A DNA stretch of 64,000 bases from Eledone cirrhosa (GCA_964016885.1 OZ024742.1:122574001-122638000), one strand, 5' to 3'. Shown: positions 26,301 to 37,959, counted from the first letter of the stretch. A program made the numbers and translations. Notes: a model not told the origin generated them from the letters alone.

Positions 26301-26620
26301 CGAGAGTGCAAGAGAGGGAGAGGGAGAAAATTAACCGATAACAGGACTTAAAGTGGGAGATAAAAAGGATTTGGAACTGCCATGAAGTCAAAGTGATCCC
26401 GATTGTCATAGGCGCACTACGGACTATCTCAAAAGGTTTCCAGGGATGGTTAAAGAAAATTGGCCCCTTCACGCTTTTTGGAACGCTTCGAAAGGCATGC
26501 TTGCTGGGAACAGCAAGAACCCTCCGATATGTCCTGAATATCTGAGACTGCAGGTAGTGGCTTGATATTCATTTCAAAAAACTTTCCAGTTAACTAACAT
26601 CAATGACTGAGACTCAAAGA
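23321..26620 (+). mobile_element. R4/Dong-clade non-LTR retrotransposon, 5'-truncated and rearranged, flanked by (TAA)n
   Basis: Single RT + CCHC + RLE ORF architecture. (AAT)n lies at 23292-23320 and a TAA-rich tail follows 26620. Dong elements are known to target (TAA)n. Confidence 0.9.
23641..26545 (+). pseudogene. R4/Dong ORF: reverse transcriptase, CCHC zinc knuckle, restriction-like endonuclease (disrupted)
   Basis: Motifs WKSPGPDG, YRPITCL, EQKGC, GIFQGDSLSPLLF, HLLFMDD, YKFLG, RLYLRRSEGGR, ExxxHIVSEC..RHD and (P)DLVV..D. In-frame stops at 24220 and 24808; frameshifts near 25660, 26065 and 26260. Confidence 0.92.
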
Positions 26621-26649
26621 GTAATAACAATAATAATAATAATAATGAT

Positions 26650-26941
26650 AATTAACCGATACCAGGACTTAAAGTGGGAGGTAAACAGGATTTGGAACTG
26701 CCGTGAAGTCAAAGTGGTCCCGATTGTCATAGGCGCACTAGGTACTATCTCAAAAAGTTTCCAGGGATGGTTAAAGAAAATTGGCCCCTTCACGCTTTTT
26801 GGAACGCTTCAAAAGGCATGCTTGCTGGGAACAGCAAGAACCCTCCGATACGTCCTGAATATCTGAGGCTGCAGGTAGTGGCTTGATATTCATTTCAACA
26901 AGCTTTCCAGTTAACTAACATCAATGACTGAGATTCAAAGA
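26650..26941 (+). mobile_element. R4/Dong 3'-terminal fragment inserted in the tail of the preceding copy
   Basis: Near-identical to 26328-26620 (RYQDLKWE..VPIVIGALG..LRYVLNI* plus 3' UTR), with (AAT)n on both sides. Confidence 0.92.
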
Positions 26942-26943
26942 AC

Positions 26944-26996
<53 letters not shown>

Positions 26997-27256
26997 TTTC
27001 TTTATTAACCACAAGGGTTTACATAAAGTAGACATTAAGGACAGTGCAGGACAATGCAGGACGGTACAAATGGGCATTTCTGCGTGTAAAAAAACAAAAA
27101 CAGAGGATGTAACAAAAATAACAATGAAAATAACAATGAAAAATTCCCCAATAGGGGGGAGACTTCGGAGGGACATTTGTGGAGAAAGCCCAGTAAAAAG
27201 CCACAATGACCCTGACCACCAAGGCAAGTGCCCTCTCCCAGTTTTCCACCTTTAAT

Positions 27257-30200
27257 TTACAGATATATGCTCAGAGTAGGCCCATTCACTCGGGCCATTC
27301 TTGCTTCTCTCACCCATCTTTCAACAAAATGCTGGGAAGAGAGCACTTCCCTCTCTACTCTGATTTTCCTTTTCAAATGAAATTTGAAAAAGTCAATCAG
27401 AGCATCACCGAAGAGGTAAGTGCTCGTCTTCAGCCCTTTCAAACGTGTCCACCATACTATCTCTTTCGCCATGGCCACCAGGCAGATAAAAACTGCCTGC
27501 CCTTCCCGGCTAAAGGAGGAGGGCGGGGCAATCCTCACGATGGACTCAGATGATAGCCGGATCCGTCCTAAACGCGACAGCAGGTGTTCGACATAAACCC
27601 ACAAGTCAGCAATTTTCGGACACTGGACGAGTGCGTGCAGGACGGTTTCGTCGCCCTGCGCGCATCTCGGACATGCCCGGCTGACGGCACCTCCATGCCT
27701 GTAGAGTTTATCCCGAACTGGCAAGGCTCCTCGGTAGCACTGCCAGGCCAGAGATTTCTGGAAGTTGTCCATAGGCCCTGGCCCGAAAGTTCTTCCGAAG
27801 AGATTGGCTAGTTGATTTTCGTCGACGCCTAGAGTTTCCCCAAGTACGTCGTCGCTCTTCCCCTCCACTAATCCTCTATAGAACGCCGAGGTGGAGTTTC
27901 CACCGATCACATTGCCCGATTGGTCGAGAGCTGTGAGTGCCTGACCCAGGACTGCAGCTCCGTCAATGAGACGAGCTGGGGAAAGACGTCTCTAGCAAAT
28001 GGCGACCACACCTGATCACCGTCGAGGAAGAGGTGGAGATGTCGTAGCCTGAGCGCGTGCCTGCGCATCATCAGCCACGGCATGCCCAGCCCTCCACGTA
28101 GCGGGTGTTGACAACAGATGGACCGCCTGACCATCGGAGCACGTCCCTTCCACAAAAAGCGAAAGAGCAAACGCTCCAGCGCAGTCAGGCGAGGCTTAGG
28201 ACAAGGTACGACGGTCAGGCGGTAGCAGATGACAGACGCGATGTACGCGTTAGCCACCTCCGCTCGACCTTTCAGGGATAGCTTCCTCTCCGCCCATTTC
28301 TGGGTGAGAGAAGCCACCCTGCTCGTCACCTCGTCCCAGTTTTTGTCCGTCTGGAGGTCCGGACCGAACCAGACCCCTAGCAATTTAACCGGTCTGTCCG
28401 TCCAGCGCCCGACGACGCTGTTGGACGGCATGGACCTGCCTCTCCAGGTGCCGAGCTGCAGGCCCACTGACTTTTCCTGGTTGATCATTGCTCCTGTCAC
28501 CGCTTCGTATTCTCTTAGTGTAGTGCCGATCGCCTCGATGTGTTTGGCGTTCGACACCACTACGGTGACATCGTCCGCATATGCTGACACGGATCTTCCG
28601 CATCCTAGTTAGACGCGGGACTCCCCTCAACGTCTCTAGTTTGTGCAGTAATGGCTCGAGAGTCAATACGTACAAGAGGGACGAGAGGGGACATCCTTGG
28701 CGGACCGAGCGCATGATGTTGAACGGTTCCGACAGGTGACCGTTCACTCTCACCACAGAGCAGATGTCGCTGTGCATGGCAGCGATCCAGCCTCTGAAGA
28801 CGGGCCCAAAGCCAGCCGCCCTCAGGACGGCCGCTAGGTAACGATGGTCGACCCTATCGAAAGCTTTCGACTGATCTAAATTGATCAAGGACCCACCCGT
28901 GCCAGGTTCCTTAGCTACCCTCTCTATGATGTATCGCATGAGGTGGAGGTTGTCGTGGATGGATCTGTCGGGAATGGCGCATGTCTGCGCCTCTCCCACC
29001 AGACCACCAACGACAAGCGCCAACCTCTTTGCTAGCTCCTTGGCCAAAATCTTGAACTCTGTGTTTAGCAGAGTTATGGGCCGGAAATTGTCTATGTTAT
29101 CCTCCTTGTTCGGATCCTTTCTCAGCAGTGCCAACGCTCCTCGGCTCACAGAACTGGGAATTCTCCCGTTCTGTTGCCAGTTGCAGTAGACGTCCGCCAA
29201 GAGGCCTCCGAACAAGTCTGGCATCTGTACGTAAAGTTCATAGGGCAGACCATCCAAACCAGGCGATTTACCCCTTGTGCAGCCAGTCATTGCCTCCCTT
29301 ACTTCAGCGGCTGTTATCGGCTTTTCGCAACACTTCGCCTCAGTGGCCGAGAGCCGCGGCAGTCCGTCGAGGTAGACACTAAAGTCCATCCCTCGACCCG
29401 GCCCACCGCTGCCCCCGAACAGCTGAGCGAAGTGTCGCTGAAAAGCTTCACACATTTGCCCGGGATCGAGTAGCATGCGCCCGTCGTGTTCCACCAAAGA
29501 CCGGATCGTGGCTTTGTTGCCACGACGCGCCTCCGCCACTCGGGCCCATTGAACGGCTTTCGTCCCCTCGTGTCTGAGAGCACGCACCCTTGTTCTGACA
29601 ACGCAGCCTTCGTGCTTTGCATTGAAGAATTGGTCAAGGGCCAATTCCGCCACAAGCACGTCGGTCGCAATGCCTTTGCTAAGCGCCTCGTCTAATTTTC
29701 TAACTAGTTCTCCCTCTGCTATATTTTTATCTATTGCTTAAGCCTTACTAAACCTAATGGATTCTATTCTATTCGCTCTTTTCAGAGCAAACCACCACTT
29801 GTTGTTGACGATGGCCCCCGTCAACGCCCGCTTAACTAGTTCGCTAATCCGGTCTCTGTAGGCCTTGCGCGCTGGTAAGGACGCGTTTAGCTTCCAGTAG
29901 CCGGGTCCTCGTCTATGAAGCCTATCTAAGTCAAGCACACAGATCACGAATTTGTGGTCCGTGTAGCTGACTATCTTGAACTGTGGACAGCCTATGCTAG
30001 ACCTATCTATTTCCCTACAAAATACTCTATCTAGATATGATCTGGATGACCCTATGCGATTTGTCCAAGTCCACATTGGCACATTCGGGAAATCCAATCG
30101 GTACCTGTCAGACAGTTCAAAACGCCTGAGCAGGTTGCTGAGGCTCTTGCACCCTCCACCCCTATCCGCTAATCCCACACCGTCCCAGCGTGCATCTAAG

Positions 30201-30634
30201 ATCCCGTTCCAGTCGCCCACTAACACTAAAGAGCGGGACGTTCCAAGAAAGTTCTCCAGACGCCGTAAGAAATCAGGCCGCCTTGCTCCTGTCGGGGCAT
30301 AGACGGCCACTAGCCTGAAAGCTTGCCCTTCTCCGCTGGTCACGTCCAGCACCACCAGCTTACCCTCTGGGTCCAGGAAGATGGCCCGTATGGCGAGATC
30401 CAAACCTCTCCGAAAAAGCACAGCAACTCCTCCACCCGATCCAGGACGGCTGGGAGATGCGTACACATCGTAGCCGCCGAAGATCGGTGCGAAGGCCCGT
30501 GCTTCGAAGATTCTGGTCTCGCTGATGGCCACTACATCTATGTTTAGTGACCTGAGGTCGTTGAGCAGGTGACCCTGCTTCCATGACGACCCCAAGCCAC
30601 GCGCATTTATGCTGCCTATTCTGAGTGAGGTTAT
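27257..30634 (-). pseudogene. Tx1-clade ORF2: APE endonuclease, reverse transcriptase, C-terminal Cys/His domain (disrupted)
   Basis: APE motifs SINARG, ISET, VYAP, VGDWN, YLDR, TDH. RT motifs KSPGLDG, FRPITLLN, DQSKAFD, RQGCPLS, YADD. C-terminal CPRC..ETVLHALVQC. A stop plus frameshift lies at ~29740, with further frameshifts at ~28600 and ~27910. Confidence 0.93.
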
Positions 30635-30669
30635 GTTTAAAATAGAGTGGAAAAGATGGGAAAGACCAC

Positions 30670-32760
30670 TTACCGTACTTTTGGTAGAGGAGGGATGGTT
30701 TTTACATCCCTTTTCACTTGATCGTCTGGTGAAGGGACCATTGAATCGTCCCTTCGGCTGGTCGTCGGCTCTTCTAAGAGAATGTCTGAATATACTCTTC
30801 GATTGATGGTTCCTCCTAGGTCCCTGAAATCACCAACTGCGTTGGGGAATTTCGTTTTAATGTTTGTGTATTGTTTCTGTGCTATTTTTAGCAGCCTTAT
30901 GTTAGTTGGCGTTTTGATTGGTGCTGGTATTATGTAGTCCTGTTGTGAAATGTCTGTGTGTTCAATTATGTAAGTCATTAGTTTCTTGTTGTGTGTATTT
31001 ATTGCCGTGCATTTGTTTTTCTGGGGGTGGGGTGTGGTTCTGCTATTTTCTTGTCGTTGTTGCTGGGTGTGTGTGTTTTGTTGTTGTGTTTGCGATGTTG
31101 GTGCTTGTGGTGGTGGTGTTGAAGGTGTTGTTGGCGGTGGGGTTGTCGCCGGTGGTGATGGTGGTGCTAGTGTGGGTGGTGATTGTGTTGGTGGTGTTGC
31201 TGCTGTGGGTCTCTTTGCAGTAGACTTTACCCTTTTCTCATTTCTTTCCTCCCTTTTCAAAGGCGACGATGCGCTGCTTCTGCGTTTGTGCCTTCTTACA
31301 ACCTTTTGCCATCCCTCTCCCACCTCACACTCCATGTCTGATTCTGTGAGGTCGGGGAGGGGTACCAGCTCCACTCTTTCACTTGTTGTTGTTGGTGATG
31401 TTTGCACTGGAGTCTCTGTTGCAGCTGCATTTGGTATTGCTGTTGTTGTTGTTAATATTTCCACTGCTGCTGCTGTTTTTGATTTCCGTGGCGTAGGTAT
31501 GGGTGCCACGGACCTATCGTTCCTGGTTGCCGCTTGTCCTGTTGCTGGTAGCCGTAGAGCCGGATTCGGAAGGAGGGGGGTTTTCTCCTTTCTCAGGGTC
31601 TTCTCGTTGCAGAGGGCCCTGAGGTGAGTCTTCGATCCACAGCGAAAGCATTTCGGGCGTTTGCCCTCAACACTTATGGGCAGTTGAGTGCCGTTATCGA
31701 AGTCTATCACATCCGGGATAGCTTCGATGCACTCCTGGTTGGTTTGGATTAGCATCTCAATGGAGGTGCCGACCCAATCTTCTCTTACTTTTTTCTGTAC
31801 TTGCAGTACAGTTGTTTTGTACTCGATTCCGACGAGGACAGACGCGGCCAGCCAAGAAGGGGCCATTCCGGGGGGGACGTGGGTCAGTTTGACCCTCACA
31901 ATTTTTTGCCCGCAGTAGGAGGGCACCAACACCATTTCCTCGCTCCTTAGGGTCACTACGGATTGGGTCTCTGCCTGCTGGGGTGTGGCAAAAAGTACGT
32001 CTACGGTGGCATATTTTTTGCCTCGGGTGATGTGCGTTTTCCGCTGCCACACAGACCCCAAGGCTTTTTGTATTTGGGCCTCTGTGGCTCTTTCCACCCT
32101 ACGGGATTTTGTGCTTACTGTACTGTACGTGACCGTACAGTGCTGTTGGGTTTCGAAAAAATTTTCCGCTGCCTTGCAGATTGCTCGGTGTCCATTCTTT
32201 GTCACCATCTTCTTCGCTTCCTCTAATTCCTCATTTGTTATGAGGATTGTTTCCAAGTTTTTCGCAATACCTGCAAATGAGATTCGTTTTTCTATGCTGC
32301 TGTTGTTCTTGTTGTCGTCAGAGCTGCTGTTACTTTTGTTGTTGCTGCAGGTACTACGACTACTGCCTTCGCCGCTGTTGCTGTGGTTGTTGTTGGTGTT
32401 GCTGCTGCTAATGCTGTTGTTGTTTATGCTGCTGGTGATGCTGTTGCGGCTGCTACTGTTGTTTTCATTGTCACTGTTGCTGTTGTTATTACGGCTGCTA
32501 CTGCTATTATTCCTGACGTCAGACGAATGAACTGGGTTTTCGTATTTCCCGCACACCTGTTTCGTCGCTGTCGTCTTCGTCGTGGAGAAACCTTGCATGC
32601 TTTGCACGAGACTTTTCTTTTCTTTCGTCACTTGCGAAAGAGAAGGGAGGGAGAGAGACACATTTAAAGAAGGGAGGGAGAGAGACAATCTTCTCTCTGC
32701 TGAGGAAGAAGAAGACGGAATGAGTGGGAGTGACCTATGCAAATTCTTTTTCATAGCCAT
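30670..32760 (-). CDS. Tx1-clade ORF1 (gag-like nucleic-acid-binding protein with CCHC zinc knuckle)
   Basis: Uninterrupted ~697 codons from ATG 32760. Contains CFRCGSKTHLRALC (CX2CX4HX4C), a GWQKV..basic motif and low-complexity S/N and P/T tracts. Confidence 0.88.
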   Translation of the reverse strand: MAMKKNLHRSLPLIPSSSSSAERRLSLSLPSLNVSLSLPSLSQVTKEKKSLVQSMQGFSTTKTTATKQVCGKYENPVHSSDVRNNSSSSRNNNSNSDNENNSSSRNSITSSINNNSISSSNTNNNHSNSGEGSSRSTCSNNKSNSSSDDNKNNSSIEKRISFAGIAKNLETILITNEELEEAKKMVTKNGHRAICKAAENFFETQQHCTVTYSTVSTKSRRVERATEAQIQKALGSVWQRKTHITRGKKYATVDVLFATPQQAETQSVVTLRSEEMVLVPSYCGQKIVRVKLTHVPPGMAPSWLAASVLVGIEYKTTVLQVQKKVREDWVGTSIEMLIQTNQECIEAIPDVIDFDNGTQLPISVEGKRPKCFRCGSKTHLRALCNEKTLRKEKTPLLPNPALRLPATGQAATRNDRSVAPIPTPRKSKTAAAVEILTTTTAIPNAAATETPVQTSPTTTSERVELVPLPDLTESDMECEVGEGWQKVVRRHKRRSSASSPLKREERNEKRVKSTAKRPTAATPPTQSPPTLAPPSPPATTPPPTTPSTPPPQAPTSQTQQQNTHTQQQRQENSRTTPHPQKNKCTAINTHNKKLMTYIIEHTDISQQDYIIPAPIKTPTNIRLLKIAQKQYTNIKTKFPNAVGDFRDLGGTINRRVYSDILLEEPTTSRRDDSMVPSPDDQVKRDVKTIPPLPKVR

Positions 32761-32976
32761 GTTGTTTTTTTTGTTTAAAATAAATATTGGGTACAAAACC
32801 CCAATAAGCAGTTATTTAACCTCGAAGGGCCAAATAACGGGCAGAAAGACCCCTCTCACGAGGAGGAGGGTGTTTTTGTCTACAAGTTGGTCTAAGTTTT
32901 AAATAATTTACAATTGTTAAAGCGTTCAAAATTTACAGTACCTTACAGAGCCGAGCCTCCGTCAACCATAGCATTC

Positions 32977-33011
<35 letters not shown>

Positions 33012-33229
33012 GGGAAGTTAGGCACATGGTTTGACAGAGTGTTACGGAATCGGTCCCGTAAGTTTTTGATTTTTTACATATTTAAAACGTTTGTGATAGA
33101 ATAATTCTTATTACAAATGGAACATAAGATACCAGTCTCTCTCAGGAAGTGGCAACGCATCACATTATGGTATAGGGTTCCAATATTTAATATTTAATTT
33201 TGTATCAGAAATGTTGGAGTTAAAAAATA

Positions 33230-33902
33230 AATTGGTTACGAACTAAAGCCAAATAATTTCACCACCAACACCACCACCACCGCCGCCACCACCATCGCAA
33301 CTACCACAAACAATCTAACCAGACTTGATCGCCACTGCATCAACGCTGCCACCACTATTCCCTCACAGCATCCTGTTAAAAGAGAAGGATGGTGGTAGTG
33401 CCACTACAGAGAATAAAGAAGGAAGGCATCAAAAGATATAAATAGACTGATTTAGTGGCCCGGTCAAATAGCTAACAACAACAACAACAACAACAACACA
33501 AAAATAATTATTGTTGCTGTATCTCTAAACTCTAAACTCTCTCAAAATGTTTAGTTTAAATGATGTCAAATCTAAACTATAATATAATAATAATTGTTTC
33601 TACTTTTGGCACAAGGCCAGCAATTATTCCAGTGTATTACTGGTACTTTATTTTATCGACCCCGTAAGGATGAAAGGCAAAGTTAACCTCGGCGGGATTT
33701 GAACTCAGATTGGAAAGGGCCGTAACTCCATGCGTCAAAGCATGGTGTCCAACCCTCTACCGATACTGCCAATCCACCGCCCTTATAATAATTGTTTCTA
33801 CTTTAGGCACAAGGCCAGCAATTACCAGTGCATTACTGGTACTTTATTTTATCGACCCCGTAAGGATGAAAGGCAAAGTCAACCTCGGCGGGATTTGAAC
33901 TC

Positions 33903-33950
<48 letters not shown>

Positions 33951-34800
33951 GCAACAAGTCGAAAGATTATAGAACAGAACACAAGAAAATGGTTACGAAC
34001 AACCAATAGCACCACTACAACAACAAAAATCTAGCCAGGCTGCAGCAACACCATCACTATAGTACTACTACCCCAACGCCACCGCCACCACTGCATCATC
34101 GCTACCACCACTACACACATGGATGAATAAACGAGGAAGGCATCAAAATATATACATAGACTGATTTAGTGACCTGGTCAAACAGCTTACAACAACAACA
34201 ATAACACCAAAATAATAATTATTGTTATTGTACCTCTAAACTCTAAACTCTCTCAAAATGTTTAGTTTAAACGATGTCAAATCTAAACTATAATATAATA
34301 ATAATAATTGTTTCTACTTTTGGCCAGCATTTATCCCAGTGCATTACTGGTACTTTTTATCGACCACGTAGGGATGAAAGGCAAAGTTAACCTCGGCGGG
34401 ATTTGAACTCAGAATGGCAAGGGCCGTAACTCTTTGCGTCAAAGCATGGCGTCCAACCCTCTACCGATACTGCCAATCCACAATAATAATAATAATGATT
34501 TCATTTATTAGCCACAAGGGCCGACATGTAGGGGACAATACAAAGACAGGGATAGTGGGGGTTTACAATAAGGTCGAGTAAAAGTGCACAATGGCAAGAC
34601 TAATTTAACAATGAAGATATAAAATATAAAATAAACTATGCATAAATATAACAAAATAAATTCCCCGATTGAGGGTGGACGACCCTGGGGTGACTCAGGT
34701 GCCCCACCAATCCTGAACCACGGTGCGCTTCTAGGGCACACAGGAAGAGTAGCGCTCTCCTCAAGTTAGCTAGCCTATAATAATAAGCAACAAGTCGAAA
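33230..34800. repeat. Tandem duplication (~0.73 kb unit) containing family A SINE copies
   Basis: 33230-33965 and 33990-34800 are colinear, e.g. CTCTAAACTCTAAACTCTCTCAAAATGTTTAG at ~33523 and ~34234, and TAATAAGCAACAAGTCGAAAG at ~33945 and ~34781. Confidence 0.85.
34497..34776 (-). mobile_element. 5'-truncated 3' UTR of a second Tx1-like family in (AAT)n
   Basis: The 3' end CCCTTGTGGCTAATAAATGAAATC-(ATT)n matches the full-length element's CCCTTGTGGTTAATAAAGAAATC-(ATT)n. The rest is diverged but similarly organised. Confidence 0.7.
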
Positions 34801-34974
34801 GAACACAGACAAAAAACAAATTTCAAAAGTTTTTAACGCAACAACACTAGTAACCGATGTTACGAAAAACGTAAAGGGAAAAAAAAAAGTCAGACATTCA
34901 AACATTACAATGAAACTTATGTTTATTTTTTTAAGTTTTTATCTATTTATTTGTTTATTTACTTATGTTCGTCT

Positions 34975-37156
34975 TCAGCGTGAGGGTGCCACGCTAAAAT
35001 CCCCGGGGGTGATGTAATCACCGGTGGTTATGTAACCATACATTCACCAATCCTCGATATGAGTGTTTAAATGTCGAACCTAAACAGTTCGAATAACGGT
35101 AAGAGGAGAGTTGAACGCCATGTGACAGACTCTCACCCAGCAAGTGACCCCTGGCTGTCATCCAAATACTGTTGGTGTTGCAGGAAGAAGAAGAAGGAAA
35201 GGGACAAGTACCAACTGGACGAAATAATTGAATAGAACTGTTATGCAATGTTACCTGAAGAGTAACCCCAAGGAGAAAGGCTATAGGAAAAGGATGCATA
35301 ACATTTGGAACGAGATTGGTCCATTTAAATTAGATGAACAAAAACTGGCAGGGCAGGCTCGGGTAATAAGAACTAATGGATGGATAAGCGAGTTGGAACT
35401 GGAGGAACTGAGCAGAGAGATTAGGTTGGAAATGGAGGGTGGAGTATGCCAGACAAACGAGCCAGTGGAAAATGAAGGTGGAGAGGTTGAGAGAACGGAG
35501 GAAACATCCAAAGCAGACAATGATCTGAATGCTGAAATGAATAACATCTGGAACAAAGATACAGCCATTGAGGAAATAAATGCTGACTGGCTAGGACAAG
35601 ATTTGCTTGATATCCTAAACTTAGTAGTAGATGAACAATGATAGTGCGAAAATTAAGAACCTAAGATTTGTAGATAGGAAAAAGTTAAAAGAAACAACAG
35701 CTAAGGTAAACAAAATCATCCCATACCTTGAGGCGAGGAACCTTCACCAATGCAACAATATCCTCAAGGCAAATGCTGTGAGGAAATTATTTGGCATAAA
35801 AACGAGAGGAAACCACAAATAAGAAAGAACATAACATTGGTAGAAGAAACGACTCAGTGGTCAAATCAACGAAATGAGAAATGACATTGGAAAGCTTGAG
35901 TCCCTACTGAATGGGACACTACAAAACATAGACACTAAAAATAGACTGGAAATAAAGTACAAAACTAGGGGGGAAAAGATAAATATCATCATAGAGGAAC
36001 TGAAGCAGCGCATTGTAGCAAAGAGGGAATTCTGAAATGGAATGTTGCTGAACAAAAAGAAATGAATAGGAAGACTACGAAGCTATTGACTATCTACAAC
36101 ATGTTCCACAAGAGGAGTGATGTCGATAGACTCTACTTAAAGAGATCTGAAGGTGGAATAGGTCTTATCAGCATAGAGGACTGTGTTCAGATGGTGAAAA
36201 ACAACCTGCACAAATACGTTACTGACAGTAGGGAGCCAATGCACAGAATTGTACCGAAGGAGAAGACAATAGACCAGGGGATGTCCAGGGAGGAAATAAC
36301 AGCAAGGAGCAAGAGCATCCTTTATGTAAAATCCCTTCATAGTACCTTCTTTGAGAGAAGTGAATTTAGAGATACACAGACATGGAACTGGTTAAAAAGG
36401 GCAGACCCATAAAAAGGCTACAGACGGAATGCTAATGGCTGCGCAAGAGCCGGCCATCATAACGAAGTGGGTGAAAGACCATATTTACAAGGAGGTGGCT
36501 AGCCCACTGTGTAGGATCTGTCGAGAGAGTGAGGCGAGTGTGGCTCACATTGTATCCGAGAGTAAACACCTAGCCCAGACTCACTATAGGACTGGAGACA
36601 TGACGTGATCGGCAGGGTGATCCACTGGCACCTATGCAAAGTAAACAATTTACCACATTCTGAGAAGTGGTATGAGCATAAGCCAGAGTCGGTGATAGAA
36701 AACGATCAGGTGAAGGTGCTATGGTATTTTAGGATACAGACGCACAAGAAACTGGAACACAATAGGCCTGACCTGGTGATTTTGGACAAGGAAAAAAGAT
36801 CGTGCCTGATTGTAAATGTAGCCTGCCCATTTGACACGAGAGTGCAAGAAAAGGAGAGGGAGAAAATTAACGGATACCAAGACTTAAAGTGGGAGGTAAA
36901 AAGGATTTGGAACTGCCATGAAGTCAGAGTCGTCCCGATAGACATAAGCGCACTAGGTACTATCTCAAAGAGCTTCCAAGAATGGTTGAAGAAAATTAGT
37001 CGAGCCCCACTTTTTGGAACACTTCAAAACTCATGCTTGCTGGGAACAGTAAGAACCCTCCGATACGTCCTGAATATCTGAGGCTGTAGGTAGCTGCTTG
37101 ATATTCATTTCAACACACTTTCCAGTTAAATAACATCAATGACTGAGGCTCAAAGA
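34975..37156 (+). mobile_element. R4/Dong element retaining 5' UTR, N-terminus and RLE but lacking the RT domain
   Basis: N-terminal MQCY..KGYRKRMHNIW motif. The junction at 36025 joins sequence equivalent to 24122 and 25489 of the first copy. RLE ORF at 36605-37081 (RPDLVILD..VACP..K..YQDL) and a (TAA)n tail. Confidence 0.9.
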
Positions 37157-37959
37157 ATAATAATAATAATAATAGTAATAATAATAATAAGAAATCATAA
37201 CAATAATCTAAAACATAAATGTAAAAACAACCATATAATTACACTAACACACTCACATACCTTCCCCAGATATAGTGACAGCTCATCGACTTGGGGTTTG
37301 GGTGTATGATATTAATATCGTAGTTTCGTTTACTGAAATACATTATTCAACGTTGTTGTGTCCTCAGTTGAAAACTAATATAAGTAGAAGCTTAGCGTTT
37401 AGAACGAGAGTTATATTCATAGTCACTTTACGGAAATGAAACCGAATTAAGTTCTGGCCTGATGAGCCCCCGGGCTTAGCAAATGTCTTTGAACGTGGAT
37501 CGTAATATATCTCTATCACCTGCCAACTTTAAAAGAACTGAGTATGATGCCAACACCCTATACGAAATTAGATTTCGACAAAGACAGCGAAATTATGGAC
37601 TACATGAATCACTTTTAACACAATCGTATTGTCGATGTATTTCAATCTCCTTTAACAGAACAGCGAGTCCGAAGATCAACTACGAAATTGAAATCACCAG
37701 AGGATATCATTTGTGCATAGACGCTTTAGAGTAACATGAAAGTGGATTAAGCACGAACGATAACAGCATCAGTGACCATTCTATACTATTGCAGACAGTC
37801 ATTTGTGACAGTGAGAATAACTAATATTGTAGTGAAGTCAGATGGCAGAAATGCCATCACAAATTACTTACATATGATTCCACTTTAAACATTCAGTAAT
37901 AAATAAAAAAACGGGTCATATACCCATTCACAAACAGATATAACATTACATTACCTTCT

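Larger units (their letters stand above)
26995..32976 (-). mobile_element. Full-length Tx1/L1-clade LINE inserted in (AAT)n
   Basis: Order on the minus strand: 5' UTR, ORF1, APE-RT-Cys ORF2, then a 3' UTR ending AATAAAGAAATC-(ATT)n. Pure (AAT)n lies at 26944-26994 and 32977-33011. Confidence 0.92.

Noticed and set aside
27584-32902. Numerous + strand ORFs inside the Tx1 element, and - strand ORFs inside the Dong copies
   Set aside because: Antisense shadows of retroelement coding sequence.
37456-37490. CTGATGAG motif as a hammerhead (also 10386, 10041, 5968, 58324, ~5308)
   Set aside because: None has a properly placed stem II-GAAA-stem III-UH. The 37460 motif is part of a SINE tail.
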